Shown one piece after another: positions 24,089 to 36,592 of a stretch of 64,000 bases of DNA (its first letter is position 1; each line of letters starts with the position of its first letter). Below the pieces are notes generated by a model, which saw only the letters and a list, made by a program, of their open reading frames with translations, had not been told where the DNA came from and searched no databases. Made by a program: the position numbers and the translations under genes. The stretch is from assembly GCA_024704765.1 (NCBI GenBank), contig JAKMXF010000343.1:911095-975094 (forward strand). Direction: 5' to 3'. Source of the stretch: Oopsacas minuta. Its lineage: Eukaryota; Animalia; Porifera.

Positions 24089-25376
24089 ATTGAGGTGCAG
24101 CTACCATGGAAGAAGGACAGTGGTTGTGATACGGTAGCTTCACCTCACTTGATCTTTCTACAACTCTCTCTTATATATATTATTTTAAGTTATCATAATT
24201 ATTTATTTCTTATTTTTATTATATTTATCATTATTTTTATTCAATTAGTTTGTACACACATGCATATTAGACATTAAATATAGTTTATTTATGACTTGAC
24301 TTGATTCATCTGACTTGTTATCGAATAGGAACCTAAAGGGTTAATTTCCTGGCACGAACGGGATGATTCAAACTTTACGTAACACTTAATGCCTGAATTG
24401 GATGTCCTATTGGCAAGTATCCTTGCGTCCCCATTTTGTAGAATAATTGTGTAGGGGTATGAAGTTCATTTAATCATGACCTACGTGATATCATGATTAT
24501 AAGTTAAATGAACAAAATATCTGTTACAAATATCATTCCGATCTATCCCAGCAAGGCCAATATTTAAAAATGGATGGCTAGTTTACTTAACCGAAACAGT
24601 ACCCATCCAGAGATTAAATTATCACCTATATTTATTGGATAAAGGGGTTGGCCAGATTAACCGGTGGCTCTATTAAGCGGAGTCCACCGTATTATTAAAG
24701 AAATTTAAGTAGCAATTTTGAGTTAGGCCAGCTCAATGTGGGAAATATAAGAAAGATTTTCCATAGAAGAACAGCTTCAAATTGTACTATGATAAATCCG
24801 GAATGATTTTATTTATATTTTTTCCAAATGTATGGATAAATTCTTTGATCACAGATTGTGCAATCCATACTTTACTACTTGTATAGTTCAAAAATTCAAC
24901 ATATACAAGTAAGCTACTCTTCCTTGCGGTACGCGGTTGCGGACACGAAGCGTCCTCATTAGGCACCTTTCGGGCGCCTAGGTTACTCCTAATCAACCGA
25001 TAATTTGTGTTATGTATTACTAAGTATCCTATGTATGCTTTGAAAGTCACTCTCTAAGTCGAATATTCACGATATGCTATTCGAACACTCGATTATCTCT
25101 TTAGCCGTTAAAAGTATACGAACTTTTTGAAATTTCTTTACTTTATGTACATAAATAACAACAAAAATTGATCATACAATGCTAAAAATCATATTCAGAA
25201 TCAATTGACCAATCAAATCAGGTGCGAATTGTCGTGGTGCGAATTGTCGGTATTCCCCCACCCTGACATAACATTGAGTGGATAATTTGCATAATTACTA
25301 GAATAAATCCAATATTATATTTCGTAATGCAAGTTATTGCTACAATTGCTGGTCACTTGGGATATGTACTCCAGTG

Positions 25377-25524
25377 CAGTGGTTCCCAACCTGGGGTCAT
25401 GGACATCTAGGCAGTACGGGCGAGTGCAGCACGTCCATTGGATCCCAAATTTGTTTTAGCATTTAAGGGAGGGTATCCACTGGGTATGTTAAAATTCGTA
25501 AGGTAGTCCAGGTTAAGACTGCTG
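25377..25524. mobile_element. hAT (Charlie-like) MITE
   Basis: Left TIR CAGTGGTTCCCAACCTGGGG; degenerate right end AGGTTAAGACTGCTG; no TSD. Confidence 0.5.
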
Positions 25525-26069
25525 CACTACACGACTCGAAGTGACCTACGTGGGCTACGAACTCCAATTATGTGTATTGTAAGATGCAGTAACTACCCTT
25601 ATACGCAACTCTGATATCACGAAACTATCGTTTAATGAAGGGATTCCGACCCCTATCACTCCTAAGTAATTGATTTTAATCAGCTAATAACTAAATGAAC
25701 CGGGTCCCGAATACTATGGTATATCGAGAGTTTACTTTGTACAAAACTATAATACAATTACGAACCTTAAATATGTACCCATAAGTTCATTATTACGAAG
25801 TTCGAAGAATGCAACGAAACTATATGTGATCTTAACACTAATGTGATATACTTCGCCGTATGCCCTGCAGCAATAAGTATTTACCTCCTACATGCCTATC
25901 GATATAAACTAGTATTTCTTTATATCCGTGTTCGAGGTAACCCGGGTTGACATTATACGATTTAAGGATGATATTTCAGGTCCAATTTACGCCTCTAATT
26001 TCATTAAATATTAGTTATCTCTTTCTTGAATTCTGGTTAATATAGGACAAATTATACCAGGTCCCTGAA

Positions 26070-28158
26070 TGGTACTTTAATTGCGTTGACGGAAAATGGT
26101 CGCGGAAATTTCATTGTGAGGAAAATTGGTCGCAAAATCATAGTGTTAAAGATAAATTGGTCTTATATTCGTCTCGTTATTATTATTATGTCACTTTTGT
26201 TTAACTTCGTTATTATCTCAACGACCACATATTTAGTTTAGACACCATACCATTTGGTTATTAAAAGAAAACATAACGGGTTTTTGTACTTAGAATTCGC
26301 ATTATCATATTAACTTTACCTTACTTCGATTCCACTTATGGCGTCTGAATTGATTATTGAACGGATCAAGAGTAACAAAAATTAAGATAAAGCTTCCCTA
26401 ATGGGTTACATTGATGGCTTAAACCGAGTATCTGATGATCTTTCATTTTGGATATGTGTAAAGTGGTACATGCAAAGCAAGAATACAAACGGGGAATGAT
26501 TTATAATCAAGCCTATGGTAGTATCTGAAATTCAGCAAGCTCATACACATACGCCCTCACATGAACGTGACAGATAGCATCTAATTCTGAGCAAAGCACT
26601 AGAGGTATATTAGCCACAGGTATAGGAGAAATGAATCCATGTACTGTAAACAAATTACCAAAAATTGGACCTGTGAAACAAACAATTCGAAATTATAAAA
26701 GCATAAGTATTGAAAAATGTGGCAATCCTACTTGTGCAACTGAAATTGTCATTCCTGAAAAGTACACAAAATCTTTGAAGGACGAACATTTTTTACTGTA
26801 TGGCTCAGGGTTTGGAGATGAGGGATCATTATATTTGGCACACTTAAATTTATTGATTTACTAAAAACTGCGACAGCTGTTTTGCGACGGAACATTTAGT
26901 GTCGTTCCAGCTATGTTTACACAATTATATACTATCCATGCAGAAAAAGATGGAGTAATTTCCCTTGCATTTATGCGCTGCTTCCAAATAAAACCGAAGA
27001 AATTTATGACAAACTGTTTGAGATATTATCAAAATAGAGCTATCTTTAAACCCTTGTACGACTATGATCGATTTTGAAAAGGTCGCATTTTATTTCTATA
27101 TCACGGGATGCTTTTTTCAAGTAGAATTTTATTTCTGTATCACGGGATGCTTTTTTCACCTCTCACAACAAAATATATTCACACACGTTCAAGAACAAGG
27201 ATAGATTGTACGATATCACGAGGATAATGATTTCGCTATTAGAATTAGAATGCTTGCTAGTTTGGCGTTTGTTCCAGAAATCGACGTTATCGATTGTTTG
27301 ATTATTTTAAAGCAACAATTTCCTTAAGAGGGTATTGAAATAGCTAAGTATTTTGAAAAAGCATATATAGGAAAAGTATTGCCCGATATGACCAGAAGAA
27401 CGCCAATATTCCCAATTAGAATATGGAATCTTCACACAAGAATTAAGTCGTCTTGCGAGGACGAATATTAGCCTTGAGGGTTGGCACAATGCCTTCAAAT
27501 CAATGATAGTTGTCTCGCATCCAAGTTTTTGCAAACTCTCTATGTTTCTTCAAAGGGAACAGTCTATGCAAGAAGCAGATTTTGCGAAATGGGAATGTGG
27601 AGAAGTAAAGAAAAATTTTAAATCTACTATTGCACGTATTAATCACATATTATCCCTTCTCGCAGATTATGAATTTCGGGAAACTTGGGATTTCTGAAGG
27701 GAATTGCATATAATTGCGAATTTTAAGGCATATTATGTTTAACTTTGTTTTTTTCTTCATCGTTTACTTCATGCATTATTCTACTCTCTATTATGTTGTA
27801 TTCAAGACAAAAAACAAATCTCAAATCACCATCTGTGCCGACATAAATATTTCCAAATTAATTTTAGTGGATTATTAAAACAATAGTGTTCAACTAAATA
27901 TCCATTAAGCAAAGAAATAGAAAATTGAATGAATATAGTTAGACATTTTTGAAATGTTCACCAAAAGGTGTAAAATATAATTGATTAAATGATAAATCAG
28001 TACATAAATATATAATAGAATGTATTGACCAATAGAATTACAGTCTACAATCAATACAAATAAATTACAGTGCTAATGAAGTTACATTCCCCACGACCAA
28101 TTTTCCTTGCGACGAAATTTCCGCGACCTTTTTTCAACGACCAATTATCCCCGTACCA
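26070..28158 (+). mobile_element. Decayed FLYWCH-MULE element
   Basis: Inverted terminal arrays (GGAAAATTGGTCGC / GCGACGAAATTTCC, CGACCAATT). Remnant motifs LFCDGTF, MIDFEK, GCFFHLSQ, TNISLEGWHNAFK and GIAYNCEF. Confidence 0.85.
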
Positions 28159-28433
28159 TCTTTCCACCATTCCTTTAATTGATTTAATGGATAGTGGTCC
28201 AGTGTTTCGCACAGACAATTTTTTCGAAGATTATATTTGGCTCCAGTTTGGATTAGCAACGTTTCAGATTAATGGGGTTAGGATTAGCTAGAGTTTACTG
28301 TATATATTTTTCTCATGAGTTTCCTCTTTTCTGCAATATTTCCTCCAATTGCAATATTAGAGCAATGCGATAACATGGATGATATTTATATCCTTTTCTC
28401 AATCTTTTCTCTTTAACCTATATTTCAATTATA

Positions 28434-31103
28434 CAACGGGCGTTCAAAAAGTTCCCAACTCTACCCATTTTTTGTACTATACAGAATACACATGTACCAT
28501 TGTTAAATTTTCTCGAAATAATCACCATTAACGTCTATGACTCGTTGTAAACGATCTAGCCATTAAAAAAAAATACATTTTTATAGTCTTCCGGCGAGAT
28601 GTCTTTAGGGATTTCCAAATTGTGTTCCCTAGCTCAATTCTGGTTTCAAGATGCCTACCTGCAAGTTCCTTTTTCAAATTTGCAAAGAGCTAGAAACCAC
28701 AAGGAGCGAGGTCATGTGGGTGATTTAGGATAACAACTCTCATTCTATCTAACTCTGACTTTATGAGTTTTGTTTTTTGTGGCCGTGCATTACCGTGCAA
28801 TAATCACATGGCCCGCGGTCCAGACATTGGCCTCCGCTCCCAGTGATGTTTTTCTACTCCTGACAGGCACTTGTTGGCGTAAATGTCCTCGGTAATTGTT
28901 TTCCTTTTGGTATTATAATCTTAGGAACAGGGCTATGGGCATCAAAGAAAATTGAGTACAGGACCTTCTGATCTCTGAAGTCCAGCCTAGAATTGAGAGG
29001 AGGCGCCTCACCTTTTGCGACCCATACCTTATTTCTTTCTTTGGATAGTGGCTCGTCGTATCTTATCCAAGTCTCGTCACCAGTAGTGATTTCTGCCAGC
29101 CTTCTTGGATCCGAGTCTTTATACTCGGAGAGAATTTTTCTTGCACAAGTTACCCGAGGGTTCTTCTGGTCCTTTGTAAGGAAATGTGGGATCCACCTCG
29201 AACAAAATTTGGTAGCTTTCAGCTCATCGATAAGTATGGAATGAACAGCTCCCGTTGAGATCCCTACACTCACAGCTAACTCCTCAACAGTGATATGAGG
29301 ATCTTCTTCCACTCTTCAGCGAATTTCAGAGCTGTTGCTGCTAGTGACGGCGGATCTGGGACGCCCTATTCGTTCCTTATCCTCCAGTGACTCTCGTCCT
29401 TCACGAACGCACTTGGCCCACTCCTTCACAGTAGTATATGAAAGACTAGCATCTCCATAAATGACTTCCAAGTCAATGAGATTATCCTTCGGGCCAACAC
29501 CAAGAAGCGTACGAATTTTGATGTAGGATCTTTGCTCACATTGCAAATTCGAAGCCATAAATACTGAAAAATACAAGTAAGTATAGTCAAAACTGAAAAA
29601 TTTGAAATTATCGTAGCTAGAAAACTATTGACGACATGGTGAAAGTTAAACTACAAAGGATATTCAGTTAATTCGTACTCTTAGAATATTTGTATTATAT
29701 ACGTGAGATAAGCGTCAAATTCTACTATAAATCCTCATAGTAGTCTCACTTGAGCTCTCAACCTCAAGCTTTAAACGCTCTATCCACTTGAAAAATGTTT
29801 TCTTGTAGTCTTCTTGTGGTATGTCTCTGATTTACCGTTGGATGGCCTTTCCAATTTGCAACCGTTCTCCAACAACTATACCTGCTAGGTACTTTTTGAG
29901 CCCGTCGTGCAGCCAAAAGTCGCACGGTGATAGGTCAGCACTATAGGGTGGATGCTCCAATTCCTCAAGAACTATGTATGGGAACAATTTTTCCTTGACT
30001 TCCTTAGATTTGTCCGGTCTGGCATTATCATGCAAGATTTTGATTGCTCTAAGACTCGTCGCTGGCCGACGCTCAATAAAATGTTTTCGATTTCCGGAAG
30101 AACAACTGTTGCATAAAAGTGCCCAGTAACTGTTTGCCCCTTAGGAGTACAGATTTGGCAGATTGGACCATGTGCATCGAATAATATGGTGTACATTACT
30201 TTGGTGGCCCAATTTTCGGTGTTGGTAGTGCTAGGGAGAACTCCCTTTTACAATCCATACCTTGTTCTGTTCTTTGCGAGTTAGCTCTGAATATCTTATC
30301 CACTTCTCATCACCGGTACATATTTCAAATAGTCGCCTCTCATCACATTGGTCATACTTTTCAAGCAGTTTTCTTGCAATTCTCACCCGGATCTTCTTTT
30401 GTGTCTGATTCAACAAATGTGGGACCAACGTGAGCAAACCTTGGACATACTAAGATGCTTGGTCAGAATTGCATGAACACTTCCCGTTGATAAGGTTAGG
30501 CTGGTAGCTAACTGCTCAATCGTAATATGGGGATCAGAGTCACACATTTCAACTACAAGAGTAATATGGTTTGCGGTGGTAGCAATTATAGGTTGCCCCA
30601 TCCGAGGGTCATCTTTAACAGACAACCTACCTCCTCGAAAACGAAGACTCCACTTCTTAACGGTTGATTCCGAACAGACCTCCCCACATATACCTGTACT
30701 AAATCTTAGTGGATATCTCTTGGCGTATCGCCGAGTAATGAGCGGATTTTGATTTACGCTCTTTGTTCAAGTAGAAATTCATTAGATTTTGAAGCGATAA
30801 ATTCCTCTGAGGATGCTATAACCTATTTTCAAAAGGGTGTATCTCAAAAAATATTGAATCAATCTCCACAAAGTAAAGTGCGCTAACTAGACGAAACTCT
30901 AAGCTATAAATTACATGCAAATAGTAAATACATGTGGTTAAACAATAATAGCGATAGCTAGGGTTACGACCTCATTGAAATCCCTTCGTAGTTCAGAATA
31001 GATAATAGAATACGTAGGGTTCATTATGAATCATATACGTAATATTATATCTTATATCTTAGAATTCTATGACCAAAGTCGGGAACTTTTTGAACGCCCA
31101 TTG
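28434..31103 (-). mobile_element. Composite mariner (DD34D): one TIR pair enclosing two tandem, diverged transposase remnants
   Basis: TIRs CAACGGGCGTTCAAAAAGTTCCCAACT / AGTCGGGAACTTTTTGAACGCCCATTG; TA TSD. Copy A ~28540-29576 (TTGDETW, DLAPCGF); copy B ~29770-30785 (CTGDEKW, MHDNARP, HPPYSADLSPCDF). Confidence 0.85.
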
Positions 31104-31887
31104 TACTATACGAATTTTTTATCTTTTCGTACATAGATGGTAATGGGGTGGCAAAATAATTCTACATATTACTTCTGCTGCTTTCGTTCCCCATTTTCTA
31201 TTGAGGCGGATGCATTAGTCAGACATTAGATATTTGTTATTATTTTATCAAAACAATTTTCATCAATAATTAATAGATAATTAGTCTACAGGCGTTATGA
31301 GTATACATATACACTTTAAATTTTGTCTAATCATAACAAAACTCCAAGAATCACTTTACTCTACGCACTTATTTGGATATTTGCTTAGCGGTTAGATTGA
31401 CGATTCTAGGTACACATGGAAATTATTCGAGAAAGTTACAAGAGCAAGTGTAGAAATGTTTACACAACAGAAGATGGATATGAAATACATTCTCAAAGAT
31501 CTTGAGTTAAAAAGATAACTCAAATGTATGCTGTTTCGACAGGAAATCTCAAGTACGGCTAAGCTAAACAAATTCACTAATAATATGACAATTTCATGGC
31601 AGCACAATCACCCATTGGAAGATTATCGTGGGGAAAAGTTTACATTACCTGCCAAGTGTAAAATAGAAGCAAAATATTCCCCTACCAGCTTAAGAGCCGT
31701 GTTTAACGATGCTACGAGAATCTAACAGTAAGCTAAAGATACCTCTATTAATGTTGTGAATTGATTATGAATCTTGCACGTGGTGAACTCAGCCAAAAAT
31801 ACCAAAAATCTGACCATGAATTTTCCGCAATCATTCTAGACTGTCTCCCATTCAATCAATATTTCAAAGATACTGTTCCGTATTCTT

Positions 31888-34800
31888 TGATTAGCGGAGA
31901 ATTCGTTCCCTGGACATTTTGTTCCCGGACATTTAGTTCCCTGGACATTTCGTTCCCTGGACATTTCTTGAATGAAGTTTCCTCCTTTTCAAATTGTAGG
32001 GTGGATTTCATAACATTGGAATTAGATTTCAATAAACAGTTATTACTAATACGCCTAGCCTATTGTTGGCAGCTCATTGTTCTTTTCGGAACAAATTAAT
32101 TTTGTTCTAAGGTATCAAATTGCGTAAATTGATTACATTGTAGAAATAGAACGTAGCACATAGAATTTTATATGCACTACAATTCCCATGGCCACTCCAA
32201 ATGTTGTGATTGAAATTCTGAAATTAAGTAGAGGCAAAGAAAAGGCTTACATAGATGGTTTTTGTATACTCTAACTAAGTCTTGTTATCCGTACTTACAT
32301 TGGTTCTGTGAAAAACGTGCAACCTGTAAAGCCCGTATTTCTACTAAAGAGGGAGTTGTGATAAAACCTGAGAGCAGATCTGATATCTACTCAACCACAC
32401 CAGGTCCATACTTGCTAGTGGATTAGGATCAATGAATGAGTCAACTATAGCAGCACTACCAAAAATTTGATTCAATAAAACGGACAATCCGTCGCACCAG
32501 ATCTAGTGGTGAGAATTTTGATAACTCTGCTACAGCTACAGAAATTATAATCCCTGAAAAATATATACTAACCTCAAAAGTACAGCAGTTCTTGCTATAT
32601 GATTCAGGCATACATGAGACCAGGGTTGGGTTTTGCCCTGTCCAAAACTGGTTTTGGACGGACAGTGGGAAAAACCCGGTTTTTACCGGCCAAAACTGGT
32701 CAAAATCGGGCAATACTGGTCAATTCTATACCCTTCAATAATAAGAATACCTATATTACTTGTTGATATCTTATTTTGCTTTGGGAATATATTATTGACA
32801 CTGGCTTACAATGAAACAGTAAAGTGATCATAAAATGTGTGGTTTCAACCAATTAATATACTAATAAAGTATTCGTGCATATATACTTTCTAAACGGGTA
32901 TAATTATCCAAAGCATTTGTGATATTATAGAAATTGACTACTATCGTGCAGATTGTATATCTTACTTACTTAAATTGACCAGTTTGAAATGGCACAAAGA
33001 GGAAGGCCCATTGATTCAGTATGGAAATTTTTCATCAAAGTTGAAGATGGTGGAAAAATACGAGCGAAGTGTATAAAATGTAGTGCTATGATCAGTGGAA
33101 AGGCTGGGAGGCTTAGAACTCATCTTGAAAAATGCTCTCAAAGACAACTCCAAAATAATTTTCCTAAAGACAACCTTCCTGAAATATTAGTACCTTTTAA
33201 CAGTAGTGACACAACTATACCACCAGAAAAACGTGTATGTCATATGATCATTCAACCCAAGTTGAATGATTTCGCAATAAAGACCAACTCTCACCAGAAA
33301 GAAATTCTCGACAATCGAATTGCTCGCTTATTTTATGCTTGTAATCTTCAGTTTAACCTCGCTGAGAATGACGTATTCAAAAAGACAATTTCTATGCTTA
33401 GACCTGGTTATACACCTCCTACAAGGAAAAGTCTAGCTGGAGGTCTTCTTGGCAAGACATTTACTGAAGTAACCACCATAACTGCTTCAGCTCTGGAAGG
33501 CAAGGATGTTACCCTAGTACAGGATGGATGGAGTGACATACACAACTCCCCTGTAATTGCCCATTGTGTACATTCAAGAGAAAGATTTTATTTTCTGAAT
33601 TCTGTTGACACTGGATCATACAAGAAAACTGCTACTTATTGTACTTCTTTAGCTATTGAAGCGTCCAAAGAAGCAACTGATAAATTTGGGTGTAAAGTTG
33701 TTGCTGTCGTTGCTGACAATGAACAAAAAACGCAGTCAATGCGCTCAAAGTTGAAATTGCTTGATAACTCACTTTCAGTATACGACTGTGCATCGTATTT
33801 ATTGAACCTGTTGGGGAAGAATATCACCCCTTCGCAAATTATTTCTCATATTATAGAGATAAATAAATATTTTCGCAACCATCACAATCCTGGAGCCCTC
33901 CTATCTGCACAAAAGAGATCCCTTAAACCTTAATTACCAGTCGTGACATGGTGGAATAGTCAATTGGAGTGCATCAAGACATACCTGACAAATAGGCCTT
34001 TCCTTTTGAACATTCTGGCACAACATGAAGATGTTATCGACTTGTCTATTGCAAATCTAATCAACAACGTTGGCCTTTATCGTGAGGCTAAAAATCTTTA
34101 TGACCAACTCAAACCGATTGCAACATCATTGGACAAGTTACAAGGGGAAAAGTCTAACCTTGCAGATTCTTGCGAAGAGTGAATGAAATTAATCCAGTTA
34201 GACGAGCTGAAAAGTCACGTAAGCAAATTCAGAAATGATTCAAACAAGCAACCACACCTACTCACTTCCTAGCCAACATGATCAATCCGAAGTACATGGC
34301 GCAGAGGGTTTCATGTGAACAACAGGAAGAAGCGAGAGGTTTACTTATTCAACTAAATGCTTCTCTTTTTCCGCAACTTTATCAGTTTCAGACAAAAGAA
34401 GCCCCATTTCCCGCGTCTATATTTGAATGCACAGATACATTAGATCCAGTAACTTGATGGAAGGCCATAAAAAAATCGAAAAACTTTGTAGCTGATCGGT
34501 TTTGTGATTTAGCTATCAATTTATTAATCCTACCGTCAAGTCCCGCAAGTATTGAAAGGATTTTCTCGAATTTTGGTTTAATTCAAACTGAACTACGGAA
34601 CAGATTGGGAATCGATAAAGCGAGCAAGTTAGTAGCTTGTTATAGAGAATTGAGAGGATGCCAAGAATTAGAGTGGTAACGAATATAGGTTAATTAAACA
34701 TCAATGTATTGTTATATTTTTCTTGCTATCAACAAGTATTTATTCAGCATATAAAATATACAAGTAACATGCACTAGTATTAAAATTAGGTTTTGACCAG

Positions 34801-35994
34801 TTTTGACCAGTTTTATCCAGTCAGGAAGTTTTGGACAGGACGGTTTTTACTGGTTTACCACTATGGTTTTTACCACATGGACAAAACCTGCCAACCCTGC
34901 ATGAGACCAACAGACTGCTAGTATTTGGCAATCATCAATGCCCAACCTTTTACGGGATACAGGTAATTGGTATGCAGAAGGTACATTCAAAGTTGTTCCC
35001 ATTCAGTTTTTCCAGTTATACACAATTCATTGCGAGAAAGATGGATACATCATTCCATGCATATATGCACTGATGTTAAACAAGCTTCAATCTACATACA
35101 ATAAACTACTCAAAAAATTATAAGAGATCGAAACTGAATTAGATCCGTCATCCATTATGGTAGATTTCGAAAAAGCTTCAATCAATGCTGTAGAAGAAAA
35201 TTCTTAGCTGTTATCTCTGGTTGTTTTTTTTTTTCATCTGTCGCAGTGCATTTATCGTCAAATACAGTCGATAGGGTTGGCTACACTATATCTCGAAGAT
35301 GAGGAATTTGCAATAAAAATGAAGATGTTGGTAAGTCTAGCTTTTGTGCCGGAATTTGGAGTCATTGATTGCTTCACAATATTGATGGGTAATTTCGGAA
35401 TCAGGTAAAGAGGTAGCCGAATATTTTGAAGTTAATTACATCGGGAAGAGATGTGAAAATCAAAGTAGACGAAACCACGCTTTCCAATTAGAATTTGGAA
35501 TATGTTTACACGAGTAAGATCCAGATTACTCAGAACAAACAACTAAGTCGAAGGATGGCATAATGCCTTTAAATCTGGAATCACTTGTTTACACCCAAGT
35601 TTGTAAAGCTCTTAATGCACCTGCAACGTGAGCAATCTCTACAGGAGGCAACTCTAGTCAGATGGGAAACTGGTGAAGTGCCAAGAACTTCAAAGTACAG
35701 TGAATCTAGAAATCTCAGAATCCTGAGACTAATTGAAGACTACGAGAATAGAGATATTCTAACATATCTAAGAGGAATGGCGCATAACTTTGATTTCTAA
35801 TATGAACATTACACTTATTTTCATTAATACTTCACGCGTTGTCTCAAATTACAAATTATAAGATCATTAAATTATCATATTCTCTCATTACTTTTATTAA
35901 AATTCTTGAGTATTGGTTACGTGATTGGCAACGTAATATCTAGACAACGAAATGTCCAGGGAACCAAATGCCAGGGAACCAAATGTCCGTTTCC
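31888..35994 (+). mobile_element. Inner FLYWCH-MULE element, inserted in the RING-MULE and interrupted by a hAT
   Basis: Terminal arrays GTTCCCTGGACATTT / AAATGTCCAGGGAAC; candidate 9-bp TSD CGTATTCTT / CGTATTATT. The transposase reads YDSGIHET|NRLLVFG across the hAT; WYAEGTF, MVDFEKA and EGWHNAFK motifs. Confidence 0.85.
32621..34899 (+). mobile_element. Complete hAT transposon with a BED-finger transposase pseudogene
   Basis: TIRs CAGGGTTGGGTTTTG / CAAAACCTGCCAACCCTG; perfect 8-bp TSD CATGAGAC. ORF 32989-33933 (CIKC..HLEKC, QDGWSD), then TWWNSQ and SSPASIERIFS; internal stops. Confidence 0.96.
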
Positions 35995-36172
35995 CGTATT
36001 ATTTTATTCCAAAAAATTAACGATGTTTAAGTATTGCTACGAATATAATTTTGGATAGGAGGTTCAAAAAGTGTTCAAGACAATTTTTTCAGTTCTAGAC
36101 ACTATTTGTTCAATTTGGAAGAAATGTGTCAACAGCAATTCATTGCTTGATGACGTGTAAAGATGAAGCGAT

Positions 36173-36592
36173 CAGGCTTGCCAAAAGGTCCTATATAGTC
36201 AGGTCAGGTTAGGTCTCAAGATTAATGAGGCCAATTTTACGTCTCAGTTCATTTAGGGTCAATATTAGTTATTTACCCATCAATTAGCAATTAATCAACA
36301 TAGGAATGAGTAAACCATACACTAAGGAATAGATGGATATAGCACCAGTTTTAATCTGTATGTATTTTGATGAGAGCTTATTACACTGAAGATATCTCAT
36401 ACTGGAAACTAGTTGACCGTATTATGGAAGTAATTCAACTCAATTTACGAGTTAATGAAGTGACGGGAGTAGCAAGGCAAGATTATCAGAGGAGAAAGAA
36501 TACCGTACACTCCCTGAAGCCTGAAAATGACGTAAAAATAACCTGAATTAACTGATTCAGGTCAGCTCATGACCTGTCCTTTGACAAGCCTG
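36173..36592. mobile_element. hAT-derived MITE inserted in the RING-MULE
   Basis: TIRs CAGGCTTGCCAAA / TTTGACAAGCCTG; TSD GAAGCGAT / GAAGCGCT; homologous to 6351-6761. Confidence 0.85.

Larger units (their letters stand above)
20930..25256. mobile_element. Foldback-like MULE structure: two MULE 5' ends flanking tail-to-tail inverted copies of one transposase
   Basis: Ends GGATACCGACAATTCGCACC (20930) and GGTGCGAATTGTCGGTATTCC (25256) are inverted repeats; no TSD found. The internal palindrome is listed separately. Confidence 0.7.

Noticed and set aside
23887-24277. ORFs with (EERRG)n / (SSPLL)n repeats
   Set aside because: These are translations of the (CTCCT)n microsatellite.
24905-24999. 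Hammerhead ribozyme (CTAATGAG...CGCAAC resembles CUGAUGAG...CGAAAC)
   Set aside because: Two core positions are mismatched and no consistent stem III or NUH site can be built.
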